A DNA stretch of 63,229 nt, the filler included, from Bonamia ostreae (lineage: Eukaryota): the NCBI GenBank assembly GCA_040357525.1. It is 29 parts of 29 records of this genome, joined end to end, with 100 filler letters (N's around TTAATTAATTAA, not from the genome) between each part and the next. Parts side by side here need not be neighbours in the genome. Positions count along the whole stretch, not along the records: positions 24,137 to 26,221 come from JBDODL010001057.1; positions 26,322 to 28,406 come from JBDODL010001058.1; positions 28,507 to 30,590 come from JBDODL010001059.1; positions 30,691 to 32,772 come from JBDODL010001060.1; positions 32,873 to 34,953 come from JBDODL010001061.1; positions 35,054 to 37,133 come from JBDODL010001062.1; 23 more parts are not named here. One strand, written 5' to 3'. Under the pieces are notes generated by a model, which made no database searches, was not told the DNA's origin, and saw nothing but the letters and a program-made list of their open reading frames with translations. Position 1 is the first letter of the stretch; every line of letters begins with the position of its first letter. Shown piece after piece: positions 24,037 through 37,233 of the stretch. The translations under genes and the position numbers were made by a program.

Positions 24037-24145
24037 NNNNNNNNNNNNNNNNNNNNNNNNNNNNNNNNNNNNNNNNNNNNTTAATTAATTAANNNNNNNN
24101 NNNNNNNNNNNNNNNNNNNNNNNNNNNNNNNNNNNNAAACCAAAA

Positions 24146-24330
24146 AATCTCCACTTTCTTTTAACGCGATTTGATTAAAAATTTAACGCGATTATCCGTC
24201 AGTGAAAAAATTGAAATTACAAAAATTGCAAATTTTTCCATTTAATGGCTAAAAGACCAAAAACTGCAAATTTTTAAAAACGAAGGACGAAATTTAAAGA
24301 TGAAATGTAAAATGGAGAGATTTGATTAAA
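24146..24330. mobile_element. Candidate MITE-like element with ~22-bp imperfect terminal inverted repeats
   Basis: AATCTCCACTTT at 24146 and AAAATGGAGAGATTTGATTAAA at 24309-24330; the same ends recur in four other contigs. Confidence 0.5.
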
Positions 24331-24431
24331 TCTTTATTGACGACTCAAAAATTAAATCAAATTATCAAACAATAACTTTTAATGACCAAAAAATTAAAAT
24401 TTGTCAAAATATTAAAATCTCCCAAAAAAGT

Positions 24432-25319
24432 TTACTCTGCGATCATTTTTACGTAATAGTCTCCAATAACAAATTTTCTCCCAGAATGAACAGATTTTTC
24501 AAGATTGAACTCATCGTAAACAGACATCGGCACAACTCTAAAATCAAGAGAAACTCTTGTATTCTTTGTCACATTCAACAAATTGTAATGACGGCATTGG
24601 TTTCCATAGAATTGGAAAAACTGGCCGTAGCCCATTTTTAGTGGAACGAATTTGTTGGATTTCGGAAATGTCTCGAAAAATAAACCGTTTGAGTCAAAAA
24701 TGTCTGTCAATGCGACGATAAAATTAATTTCGCCAGTCGGGTGACCGTAATCTGAATCTTTGTGCAATCCTATTTTGTCTGATTCTTAAAATTTTGATTA
24801 TTGCAAATATTCTGCTTTTTAAAATTTTGATCATCGAAATTCAGATTTTTACTATAAAAATTAAACGTTCTTTTCCGGTTTCTCCAATAGCCGTGTTATC
24901 AGGAAAACAAACTCTAAAATTTGGTTCTTTTTGAACAGCAAATTCAGTTTCTTCAAATAGCGGCAAAACGTTTTTTGTGACAAATTTTTTATACAAATCG
25001 ACCATTTCTCGATAAAATGGCGAATCGTAATATTTTCTGTGAATTTTTGAATTTTGGTCGTTTTCGAATTTTAGTCGATTTATCGAAAAAACAGAATGTA
25101 ATTTTTCAAACTCTGTTTCCGTCTCTAATATTTTCTATTGTTGTGTTAAATTTATTTTCCAAATAATTACAAAGTTGGTTCACCAAAAATTTTTAAATTT
25201 TTAATTTTTTCAATTTGTTCAAACTTTAACAACTCTTTAAACTTAAATGTTTTTGTGTCATAATCAAAATAATGAAATCTGTTCCGAAAGTCTTCGATTC
25301 GCATTTTTGAATTGTCCAT
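24432..25319 (-). CDS. StrG-like Fe(II)/2-oxoglutarate dioxygenase
   Basis: QKEPNFRVCFPDNTAIG, LHKDSDYGHP (HxD), QCRHYN (distal His), TRVSLDFR (RxS); intron 24785-24866 plus a second intron near 25135-25225 whose boundaries are unresolved. Confidence 0.75.
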
Positions 25320-25433
25320 TTTTTGAAAAACAAATTTTACAATTTTTTTTTATTTTTTGCGTTTTGCAAAAATTTTAACGATTCAAAAATGGACCAGAAA
25401 AAGAACCAAAAATAAAATTTTGAAGACAAAAAT

Positions 25434-26221
25434 TTAATCTCTTTTTCTTTTTCCGTTGCTCGCAAAAACAAAATCGGGCAATTTGGATTTTGATATGTAA
25501 TTTACTTTTACAGACATTCCTTCTGTTTTTGAATTGAAATCGTTAATATGTTTTACAAACGCTTTCACCGCCTTTATAAAATTTCAAATTGTAAATTTTT
25601 AAACCGGAACAATATTGATTTTCTTCCTTTTGTTGTTTCGATTATGTTTGATTTCGTTTTTGTCAATAATGATTTTGGATCCGATGAAAAACGAAATATT
25701 TTTTTGCTTTTCCAAATCGTGATTGAAACTTTGAGGGAATGGGACCAATTTAAAGTATAATATCTCTTCTAATGTTCCAACAAATCTTTTTTTTGGAGTT
25801 CTTTATGTCAAATAAACCTTCTAATGCGACTTTCGATCCAACCGAACCAAGCAGTGAAATCCTCTTCAATAAAACAAGTTCCAGAGATTTGGAAATAGTG
25901 TTTGTGGTTTTTGAAGAATGTATTTGCTTCAATCAACTTTTCGAAAATATCGTCTTTGCCAGATTTGAATATTTCTCTGGCTCGACTTATTTCTTCGCGG
26001 AGACTATTTTTAAGGTTAAAAACAATGCGAAAGTTGAGAATGTAACGTTGTATGTCGAGTTTTGAGCCGGGTATGACGGAGTTATTATTGGCATTCTGTC
26101 GTACAGATTTGCCTTTTTGCGAAATGATATTTTTGACGATTTGAAGTAAAAGTATTTTTTTACAGAAAAATGAAAATATTTTTGACATTGATCAAATAAT
26201 AAAATCAAAAAATATAAAAAA
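25434..26221 (-). CDS. PAP: Poly(A) polymerase, C-terminal part
   Basis: MPIITPSYPAQNSTYNVT, FF..HKHYF, WFGWIESRIR, LPDFVF; several short introns. Confidence 0.9.
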
Positions 26222-26399
26222 NNNNNNNNNNNNNNNNNNNNNNNNNNNNNNNNNNNNNNNNNNNNTTAATTAATTAANNNNNNNNNNNNNNNNNNNNNNN
26301 NNNNNNNNNNNNNNNNNNNNNTTTTATTTTTTTTTATATTTTTTCATTTATTCTAAATTTTTGTTTAAATTTTTGTCCAATCCGCAAAAATTTAGAAAC

Positions 26400-28300
26400 A
26401 ACCATCAAAAAAAAATAGCAAACTCAATCGACTTCACAAGCGCAAAAAGAAAATGCTTCGATTTGTACTACGACGACATGGAACAATGCGTCGCAACCAA
26501 AAACGACTTAATCATCGAATTCAAAGAAAAAGACCAACCCTTCGAACACGAATCTCTAAGCGAAATCCGCTTTCACGTCCCAATCGGCGAAATGGACAAC
26601 TTTCTCTCCAAATCCCAAAACGACGATTCTGACGCCACTTTTTTGTCCGCCAGCCAATTGTCTGAACGCATTCGCAATCGAGCAGATCTTACTTTTAGCC
26701 CCAAAAACGCAGTTGTGAAATTTGCGAATCAGCAATTGATAACGCCTCGCGGTCGTTACGAAGTCGGGTTGTCCAGAGACACGCTATTTTTGCACGGAAA
26801 GACGTTTAGTTATAAGTCAAAATTGCGCGATTTTTACAAAATGTTTTTGTTGCCGAACGACGACGGGCACTATTTGGCTGTTTTTAATTCGATTCAAATT
26901 TTTTAATTCGCAAAATTTGGAAAAAATTTTGTAAATCAAATCTGCAAAAAGGTGAATTTGAAAAAGCCTTTAAATTTTGGAAAAACTTTTTATCACTTCG
27001 TTATTATAAAATTTGGAGAAGATAGCCAGATTACCGTTTCTGTTGACATTCCACAGTTTAAAAATTGCGATTTTACAATTTTAAAAATTTTTAAAAATTT
27101 TAAAAGATTTTGAGGAAATAAGAAAAGATTTTTAGTAATGTTAAAAAAATAAGAAAAGAGATTGAGGAAAAATATGACGGCAAATTGAGCCGAGAAATGG
27201 AAGGGCCGTCTTTCAGAATTACAACGAGAATATTTAAAACTCTTTCCAACACAAAAGTTTTTATGCCCGGTTCCTTCGAAAACACGACTGAGCAGAAATA
27301 TATTCGTTGTGCAATGAAGACTTCTGCGGGATTTTTGTATCCGATGGAAGCCAGTTTTGTTTTCTGTCCAAAGCCGGTTGTTTATGTCCGTTTTTATTTT
27401 TTTTGTAAATTTTTGCGATAATTTGAAAAATTTTAATGTTTTTGAGATAAATCTTTTTTCGTATTTTTGCGATAATTTGAAAAATTTTAATGTTTTTGAG
27501 ATAAATCTTGTTTTCGTATTTTTGCGATAATTTGAAAAATTTTAATGTTTTTGAGATAAATCTTGNNNNNNNNNNNNNNNNNNNNNNNNNNNNNNNNNNN
27601 NNNNNNNNNNNNNNNNNNNNNNNNNNNNNNNNNNNNNNNNNNNNNNNNNNNNNNNNNNNNNNNNNTTTTCGTATTTTTGCGATAATTTTAAAAATTTATT
27701 TTAATTTAAAAAGAACACAGCAAAATTGAATCTGTGAGCTTTTTAAGATTGTTAAACAGGTTTTTGGATAAATAATATTTCCGTTTCGAAAAATCAAAAA
27801 TCTGCAGAAAATTAAAAAAAATTATTAAAGTATGAGCAGCACAAAAATGTTTGATCTGGCACTGACATTAAAGAAAGACCATAAGAATGCGAGAAAAGAT
27901 GCAAAAATTGTTTTCACTGGAATTGACAAAAGAGAATTTCCAAATCTTTTCAAATTTTTGGCTTCCAAAAATCTACGAATTTTAGACAAAGAAATTTACG
28001 TTTTTAATAAATTTTTTAATTTAAAATTGATATCAATTTTTTAATTTTTTAATTTAAGGAAAAACGATTGAACCTCTCGGACGCGGGACAAAGAAGCTGT
28101 CGAATAAGCGGCGCAACAAATGTCATTTTGCCCAACGGCAACAGCGATACTTCTTCCGACGAAGATTTTGACGAAACGAAAACTTTGGACCAACTCGACA
28201 GAAAACTGTTTTTACATTCAAAATTAGACGAGAAACTACTGAAAATATCGAAAACGAAGAAATATCAAGTAGCAGCGAAATTGACGTTGACGACATTTAA
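26400..28300 (+). CDS. SSRP1: FACT subunit SSRP1/Pob3 (5' truncated; ends in acidic tail without HMG box)
   Basis: LSEIRFHVP, TPRGRYEV, LHGKTFSYK, GFLYPME..FVFCPKP, KMFDL, FTGIDKRE; last intron 28208-28227 (20 nt). Confidence 0.93.
27410..27690. repeat. Intronic tandem repeat, 54-55-bp unit, at least 3 copies plus assembly gap
   Basis: GCGATAATTTGAAAAATTTTAATG at 27415, 27469 and 27524; resumes after the 100-N gap. Confidence 0.9.
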
Positions 28301-28661
28301 TAAATGCCGTTTTACAAATTTTTTGTCAATAAAGATTTTATCTCTATTTTATTTTTTGCGGATATGTCGACAAATCTCTATTTCTATCGTTTCAAGATAT
28401 GTTGTTNNNNNNNNNNNNNNNNNNNNNNNNNNNNNNNNNNNNNNNNNNNNTTAATTAATTAANNNNNNNNNNNNNNNNNNNNNNNNNNNNNNNNNNNNNN
28501 NNNNNNATTTTTTTTAACAACTACTATATCATTTTTTATATTTTTTAAAATTTTTTTAATAAATTAGATATTTTTTTATATAATTTGCTAAAATTTTTTA
28601 ATAAAAACGACATTTTTTTATCAAACTTGTAAAAAAGAGCCAACTATTTATTAAACTCTCC

Positions 28662-29445
<784 letters not shown>

Positions 29446-29557
29446 CGCTCAATATATTTTTTCTGTTTTTTCCTAATTTTTAGAAAGAGCTTTAAATTAT
29501 TAAACAAATGGAATATATTTTGGAGTTTAGACAAAGCTTTAGATTTAATTGTAAAAA

Positions 29558-30575
29558 ATGGCGGAAAAAGTTTTTTGTATTTTGATAACAAATAATTTAG
29601 GACGAGGAAGTTTTGGACGATTTTTTTAGCGAAATCGGCGATATCGAACAGAACAACGAAATCGACCGGATAATTAAGGCGATGACGCTGGACCCGATAA
29701 ACATTTTGGATATTCCGTACCATTCAACTTCTTCTGAAATCAGAAGAAGGTACAAAAAACTTTCTCTCAAAGTTCATCCCGACAAAGTCCCCGAATCGAA
29801 AAAAGAACTGGCCAAAGAAGCTTTTTTCAAATTGGGAAAGGCTTATAAAGACTTGTTGGATGACGAAAAACGAAAAGATCTAAACGAAATTGTAAATTTT
29901 GCTAAAAAGTTTTTGGAGAAAAAATACAGTTCGGCAAAGTTTTTTGTCTTTTTTGATGAACTAATTTATAAAACAAATTTTTAACAATTAAAAATTGCGA
30001 ACAATTAAAAAACAAATTTTTAACAATTAAAAATTGCGAACAATTTAAAAACAAATTTTTTACAATTTAAAAAAAAAGAAAAAAATCGATAACAGATTTT
30101 ACAGGCGAAAAAGACGTTTTTTAATTTACAGTAAAAGAAAGATTTGAAAAGAGAAGTAGCAAAAATATTAATTGATCGCGCATGGAAAAATCGAATGATA
30201 AAAAAGATGTCTGAAAAGTACGATGAACGAGCTGCGAAAGAAAGAGAAGAATGGAAAAACGACCAGAAGGAAAAATCTGATCATCAAAGAAAATGGGTTG
30301 AAGACAGGTTTTTTTGCCATTTTTAATTTTTGCTCTCGGATTTTAAAATTTTAGCTTTAAAATAGCTCAGAATATTTAAAATTTGATCTTTAATGGATTT
30401 ATAAAAATGAAGATCAAAACGAGTCAACAGCTGGAAGAAGTTTAAAGCTAACGTAAAGAAAACGTCGAGACGCAAAGTTGTCAAAGGGGTCGGTCATAGG
30501 GTAAAATCGAAGAAACAAGAAAATGGCAAAGACGAAAACAAAATCAAATTTAAAAAGTTCAACAGGCGAGTCTAA
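29558..30575 (+). CDS. DNAJC8: J-domain protein DNAJC8/Spf31-like
   Basis: FFSEI..IE, YKKLSLKVHPDK, W.E.R..RVNSWKKF; multiple GTT introns. Confidence 0.8.
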
Positions 30576-30744
30576 ATTTTATAATTTTTCNNNNNNNNNN
30601 NNNNNNNNNNNNNNNNNNNNNNNNNNNNNNNNNNTTAATTAATTAANNNNNNNNNNNNNNNNNNNNNNNNNNNNNNNNNNNNNNNNNNNNGTACAAGTTA
30701 AAAGCTTCGAGCATGCTCTGTTATACCTTTGTTGTATTTCTAGA

Positions 30745-31763
30745 ATGGCATCAAGAACAGAAAAAGTGGACAAACTATACACCAGTGAAGATATATATCC
30801 AAGGCATTTGGCAGATTTAATTAAACAAGAAATAATGAAATACCATCACCTGGCAAACGCCGAAATAATCCCTCGGCAGTGTTTGCATCTGGAGATTAGG
30901 AGATTTAGAACTTAAGTAATTATCTTAATCAATGGTTAAATGAGGAGACTTTAAGTCCAAGATTTATTTGTAACCTGTATAAATTGAAAACAATTTGTAG
31001 ACTATAAACGGGTTTCGCCGAATTTAGTGAACTGTGGTCTAGGGTTCATGATATTATTGACGTAGACGAAGCAGGGATTTATTTAGATATTTTGGGGGGA
31101 ATTGACGACACTAATTTGCAGTAAAAAATATTAAGTAGTTGGTCATTGCGTTCTTATGTTTGTAGAATTGCAGCAGGAAAACCTCTTCCTCTTAAATCAT
31201 CATTATCACCTCAACCAGTTTCGTTAAATGGAAATAGATTACCCGTAAAGAATAAACCAAAGAAAAAGAACCCATGGCAAACATTGTTAGAAAATAAAAC
31301 TAGTAAAGAAGAATGTAGTAGATCCAATACGAGAGAGTTAAAAGTCATTCAGGTTAGACATCAAGTAGTAAATATAGATCCAGATCCCGTACCAAAATTG
31401 TCAGATGACGAAGAGACTGTACTAGACGAAATTTGCCAAAGAATTCAAAATTTACCGGATTTGGTTATAGCAGAGATAATGAAATATCAGAGGTGGGCTG
31501 AAGGCAAAAAGCCGGTTAGGAGAAAAATTAATGGTGAATTCAAAACAGCGATAGCATTACAATCTTTGGTCTTGCAAAACGAACAAACAAACCCCTTGTA
31601 CCCATCCTTCATACTATTTTTGAAACGTTACTTTAGATCTGAATACTATGGCTCCAAAACTCAGATTACTATGACAAAACGTTGTATTGAGATAATGGCA
31701 TGGATGTATCAATTTGATAGACACTTCTTTGGTTATCGTCAAAATGAACCTTACAACAGATAG
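30745..31763 (+). CDS. Two unidentified ORFs upstream of env, each preceded by a splice acceptor (30745-30915; ~31166-31763)
   Basis: Pyrimidine tract + AG at 30742-43 and 31164-65; both ORFs contain EIMKY. Confidence 0.4.
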
Positions 31764-31812
31764 CATACCACGTAATTATCGATATCATTCTCTCTCTAGG
31801 TACCAAGACGAT

Positions 31813-32772
31813 ATGAAGTTGGAAATCCTGCTCTTTATAACTCTTGACTGTTGCTTAGCGCAAAGTTTAGTTAGAAGAAACGTGATATTCGAGAAAGTAA
31901 AAGATATTTCTATTGTAAATGGCAAATGGACTGCGGTCACTGTTTTGGATTTGAATCCTTATCAAACCTTGATTAGTATCTTGAAAGCCAACTTAGTACA
32001 GTATACGTGCAGTTGAATAATACGGTATCGAGGGAATACCATGACCTTCCAGGAAATTTTACAAAAATTGCAAACGATCCCATCTTAATGTCATATCTCT
32101 TAAAATGACTACAAGTAAGAGAGATTTGTAATGGAAATAGCAAACTTTCAAGTAAATCGAAAACATATGGAACAAGCAATCAGTGGGATATGTTATATAT
32201 ATCAACGAAATAAAAGAGCTGTTATTCCAATCGCAGGAAAAGCACTTTCCTTTCTTTTTGGCACTTTAGACGAGGCGGACCTTGAAACCATTAAAACTAA
32301 TATTCGGAGAATCTCAGTCGGACAAGAACACCTAAAGCACGTAGTTAGAGAAAGCATTACGTTGGTTAAAGATAATCAAGAAAAAATTAAGAAAAATCGG
32401 CAAACTATCAATAACATCATAGACGTTCTTATCAAAACAATAACAGTACAAGGGGAACTGGAAAGAACTGTAGAAAACATACAAAGATTGGATAATATTT
32501 ATATCCGTTTTGATCGAACGATTAGCAGTTTGGCTGAAGTTATTTCGATTGCACGAACACATTTACAACAAATTCATTTACAATTAAACATGTTATCGTT
32601 AGGACATCTTTCTCCAACTGTAATCTCGCCGCGCGATCTAAGACAACTTTTGACTGGAATTTCTGATAATTTAAGCCCGGAATTCAAATTGCCCTTTGAT
32701 ATTTACGACTGATTTATGGTCGTAGTATAAAGTTTTACTATGCACTACACTCATCGAGAGTGAACGTTTAAT
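31813..32772 (+). pseudogene. env: Decayed env gene (baculovirus-F/errantivirus-like class I fusion protein) of an LTR retroelement, probably host
   Basis: Signal peptide MKLEILLFITLDCCLA; furin site RNKR then AVIPIAGKALSFLFGTLDEADL fusion-peptide pattern; heptads; GHLSPTVISP; frameshifts/stops near 32010, 32106 and 32710. Confidence 0.85.
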
Positions 32773-33208
32773 NNNNNNNNNNNNNNNNNNNNNNNNNNNN
32801 NNNNNNNNNNNNNNNNTTAATTAATTAANNNNNNNNNNNNNNNNNNNNNNNNNNNNNNNNNNNNNNNNNNNNATATATTTTTCAAATTTTTTTTTTTTCA
32901 AATTTTTTTTTATAAGCGATTTTATCAAATATTATTTTTTCAAATTTATTTTTTTTGAAAAGCACTTTTTTTTCAAATTTTAGTGGAAAATCTCTATTTT
33001 TTCAAATTTTATTTTAGCAAATTTATTTTAGTTGAAAAGCACTTTTTTCATATTTTAGTGGAAAATAGCTATTTTTTCGAATTTTATTTTTTGCAAATTT
33101 TAAATATTTTTTCAAAATTAAGAAAAGACAAAACACTTTAAATCGATCATCGAAAAAATTGCGGAAAAAATAGAAAAGAAAAGTTTTGGGCAAATCCAAT
33201 TTGGCAAT

Positions 33209-34953
33209 TTGCCTCAAAACATTGTTTCTAAAGCAAATTCGATTCTTTCAAATCTCAAACAACAAAATTTATTGAGACAAAAGTCCGAAAATGAAATGTC
33301 AAGCCAAATTTTAGAAATCGAAAATCAATTGCAAAAAGAACAAAATCTAAATAAAAAACTTGAAAATAACTCCGAAAAGCTTAAAAATGAATTTAAAATG
33401 CAAATTGGAAATGTTCTGGAAGACAGAAAGATCGAAACTGTGAGAATCGAAAGAAAAATGGAAAAATTGAGTGAAGAAAATGGAGATTTGAAATCGGAAG
33501 TCGTTAGTTTCAAAGCAAAAATGGCAAATTTGCAAGAAAACAGAAATGGCGATATTGAATTTCTGCGGAATTCGGAACAAGAATTGAAAATTTTAAATTT
33601 GAAACTGAAAGAGCAAATCGAGAAAAACGACAAATTGGAAAACGAGAAAAATGATTTGGTCAAAGAGGTGGCGAAATTGAATAAAAATGAAGAAAAAGTG
33701 AAAATCGCTAAAATCAACGAAAATGCTAAATTTAAAGACGCGTTTAAAAATCATTTTTCTGTGAAGATTTTGGACGTTATTGCTAAATTTTTAAATAAAA
33801 AACGAAAAATTTATTAAATTTAAAAGCGAAAAAACAAAATTTTACAAAATTTTATAAATCGAAAAACAAAATTTTAGAAAATTTTTATAAACGAAAAAAA
33901 TTAATTTTACAAAATTTTATAAATCGAAAAACAAAATTTTAGAAAATTTTTAAAAACGAAAAAATTAATTTTACAAAATTTTATAAATCGAAAAACAAAA
34001 TTTTACAAAATTTTATAAATCGAAAAACAAAATTTTACAAAATTTTACAAAAGATAACAAAAATAATCGACAAAATCGAAAAAACAATCGAAAAATTGAC
34101 AGAACCGATCTTAAAAAAAAGTTCTTCGCTCCCAATTCTTCCAACAAACAAAACAAAAAACGGAACCAAAACCGATTTGCCCAAAACTCAAAATTTGACA
34201 AAAAATCGATTATCGAATTGGATAAACAATTTGCTGAAAAACAAGAAAAAGAGATATGTCGTCAACCTCAACGATCATTCTTCCGGAGATTTTATTTTCA
34301 ACGAAAAAACTGGAAAATGGATCAACAATGTTTTCCATTTTTATCGCCAAAAAATCGATCGTTACAATTATTCCAAAACACTTTCATTATTTCAATTCTT
34401 AAAGAACGACAAAGACGACAACAAAACTGAAAAAACGCCAACATTGCCACCGAAGAGAAAGAAAACACCCCAAAAAATCCAATCTCGCGTCGTCTCTGAT
34501 ACCAACGCGTTGAGCAGATACGCTTCGAACAACAGTTTCTTTGGATACGGCGACTCGGAAATGAACGAAAAAGAAAAAAACGGAGAAAAATCGGTCGGAA
34601 ACGCCGCTAAACATTTGAACGAATTGCGATCTGAAATAAAGAACTTTGAGAGAATGCTTTGCGCCGAAGACAAAAACGGCTTCTCCGCTCTAAATTCCGC
34701 TGTTCTCAAGGTCACCAAAGAGAGTAACAAAGGCCAAAAAACGGTCGAAAATGTCATTGAAATCCAAAAAGGTTTTTGCTCGATAATCGGTTTCAAGGAA
34801 GAAAGAGCGAAACGAGATTAGACAGAGTGGAGAAGGACATTGGACAGATACTTCGGGGGCAGAACGCTCAACTGGGAATCGCGAAAGAAACATTTATCGA
34901 TTTGAGAGACGTGAAGCAAATCGCGACGAACAGAATGGCCACGGACGCGTTCG
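33209..34953 (+). CDS. Coiled-coil protein of unknown function (multi-exon, partial)
   Basis: E/K/N/L heptad-rich ORFs 33209-33817 and 34096-34821 separated by a repeat-filled intron. Confidence 0.55.
33826..34050. repeat. Intronic tandem repeat, ~32-bp unit
   Basis: AAAATTTTACAAAATTTTATAAATCGAAAAAC reiterated ~6 times with variants. Confidence 0.85.
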
Positions 34954-35053
34954 NNNNNNNNNNNNNNNNNNNNNNNNNNNNNNNNNNNNNNNNNNNNTTA
35001 ATTAATTAANNNNNNNNNNNNNNNNNNNNNNNNNNNNNNNNNNNNNNNNNNNN

Positions 35054-36240
35054 ACTGGTTATAAAAATTTTGGATTTTATCTTTTCGATCATAAAACTCA
35101 AAATTTCGTCCTTTCGCGTCAACAAAAGTTAACCTCGTTTCTAATCAGAACCTCTTCCTTTTTGGGGTGAACGTTGGCATCCACAAGTTTTCTGTCGATT
35201 TTGGCCGAGAAGTAAAAAAAAGTCTTAAATTTGTTGTGGACAGAGTTTTTGTACAGCGTTTGAACGTCGGAAGAAAGTTTCTTCCACGAAACCAGTCTTT
35301 TGTTGACGAAAAATATGTGGATTGGTTTGTCGATTCTGCTTTTTGTGCGTAAAAACGTGAGATCGGTTTTTGAAATGCATCCTTCAAAGTCGATGGCGTC
35401 GTTGCCGTCTCTTATTTGGATCAGTTTTTCCGATATTTTCTGTCCTTGAATTGGTCTTGGAAACCGTAAAATAGTTTTATCATCGTTAACGGGGTCGGGC
35501 CATTTTGTTTCGTTAGCGGTGAGCAGAGCCGGTTTTTGTTGTGAGATTGTTTGGCGTAAATGAAGTTTATTTTTGGATTGTCGATCGCGTATCTGTTTTT
35601 GAAATTTAAAATCACTTTTTCACGATGTCGAGGGACCGGGTTTTCTCTTCTTTCAAGGAAAAACTGAAAATCCGTTGTCGGAGTGGAATGTTATAAAACA
35701 GATTTTCTACCGTTATTCGAGTTCCATTCAGTCCAGCTGACACTTCTATCGGGGAAACCAATTTGCCGTTAACGAAAACGCCTTTGCTGGCCAATTTCTG
35801 GCGATTTTCAAATTATAAGAATCGAACATCGTTTTTGGTTTTAGAGACGACTGTTATTTTGGAAACAGCCGAAATGCTTGCTAACGCTTCTCCTCTGAAC
35901 CCAAACGTCTTAACGTTCTGAAATTTTAATAATCAAAATTTTGTTTTCGGTTGAACCTCAATGTCGTCATATTTGGTTATTTTGCTCGTTGCATGTCTCT
36001 CACATAACAACTCAAAATCCTTTGCTTCGATGCCATGGCCGTTATCACTTACAGACAGAAATTCAAGTCCTCCGCCATCGATCTCGACCTTAGACAAGCA
36101 GGAAAAAGAACCTTTATTTCGGAAGAACCTGCGTCCAATGAATTTTCTACCAATTCCTTGACAACGGCGGATGGCCGTTCCACCGCTTCGCCTGCGGCTA
36201 TCATTGCTACGACATTTTCCGACAGTCGAAGAATTGCCAT
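35054..36240 (-). CDS. MLH1: MutL homologue MLH1, N-terminal ATPase/transducer (3' truncated)
   Basis: [76 protein letters not shown]; at least 5 introns of 23-39 nt. Confidence 0.88.
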
Positions 36241-36311
36241 TGCCAAGCTGTTCGGGGTTCGCGATTAGCTTGAAAATTTACAAAGATCTTATAAAGTAAC
36301 GTTTGTGCCAA

Positions 36312-36974
36312 ATGGCTATAAGATTTTGCAAACCAAACGCTGCAAATAAGATTGCTTTTTCCAACTTAAATTTTAGGCGGTTAACCAGTCAAAACGGTAA
36401 TCCGTCTAAATGTTGGCTATGCGGAAGAAAGAAAATGGACCGTTTCGAATTCTCGAAAACATGCAGCACATGCAAAGTACTGCAGCCGTCCCAGCAACAC
36501 AACTATTTTTCATTATTGCGATTCCCCGTACAATACTCGATCGATCTCGATCTGCTGAAAAACAGATATCACAAACAACAATCTATTCTGCACCCCGACA
36601 AATTCACCAAGAAAACGGGTTCGCTCCAAAAAAAATCGGTCGATCTAAGCTCTTTGGTAAACAAGGCGGTGGGAACTCTGCGAGACCCTCTTGAGCGAGC
36701 AAAATATCTCCTGAAACTAAAAGGGTTCGATAACGACGAAAAAACACACAACACTAAAATGGTCGTTGAAATGTTTGCCCTGAACGAGCAAATCGACAAA
36801 GCCGAAAAAAGCGAACTGGTTAATCTCAGACTGCAAAACAAAAAAGACGTCGAGCGCCGTTTCAGCGAATTGGGAACTTTTTTTTACAACGAAGAGTGGG
36901 AAAAAGCAAACGACTGTCTTCACAAAATTATGTACTTAAATCGGGCCATTGAAATTATAGACAATAAATTATAG
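36312..36974 (+). CDS. HSCB: Mitochondrial Fe-S co-chaperone HscB/Jac1 with tetracysteine motif
   Basis: Presequence-like N-terminus, CWLC..CSTC..QP, LHPDKF, SSLVNKA..TL.DPL.RA.YLL. Confidence 0.93.
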   Translation: MAIRFCKPNAANKIAFSNLNFRRLTSQNGNPSKCWLCGRKKMDRFEFSKTCSTCKVLQPSQQHNYFSLLRFPVQYSIDLDLLKNRYHKQQSILHPDKFTKKTGSLQKKSVDLSSLVNKAVGTLRDPLERAKYLLKLKGFDNDEKTHNTKMVVEMFALNEQIDKAEKSELVNLRLQNKKDVERRFSELGTFFYNEEWEKANDCLHKIMYLNRAIEIIDNKL

Positions 36975-37029
36975 TTTTCCGTCAAAATTGTTTTAGTTAA
37001 TAAAATCTCTCGCCATTTCAATGAAATGG

Positions 37030-37133
37030 CGTTTTCGAAGATATGTCGCCATTTAATTGCAATAAATTGCGCTTCGTTTTCGAAGATATGTCGCCATTTA
37101 ATTGCAATAAATTGCGCTTCGAGTTCGAAGATA
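37030..37133. repeat. Tandem repeat, 45-bp unit, at contig end
   Basis: CGAAGATA starts at 37036, 37081 and 37126. Confidence 0.9.
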
Positions 37134-37233
37134 NNNNNNNNNNNNNNNNNNNNNNNNNNNNNNNNNNNNNNNNNNNNTTAATTAATTAANNNNNNNNNNN
37201 NNNNNNNNNNNNNNNNNNNNNNNNNNNNNNNNN

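Noticed and set aside
25130-25230. Apparent non-canonical intron boundary in the StrG-like gene
   Set aside because: The phase mismatch can be explained by an alternative GT-AG pair or a homopolymer error; every other intron I resolved is GT-AG
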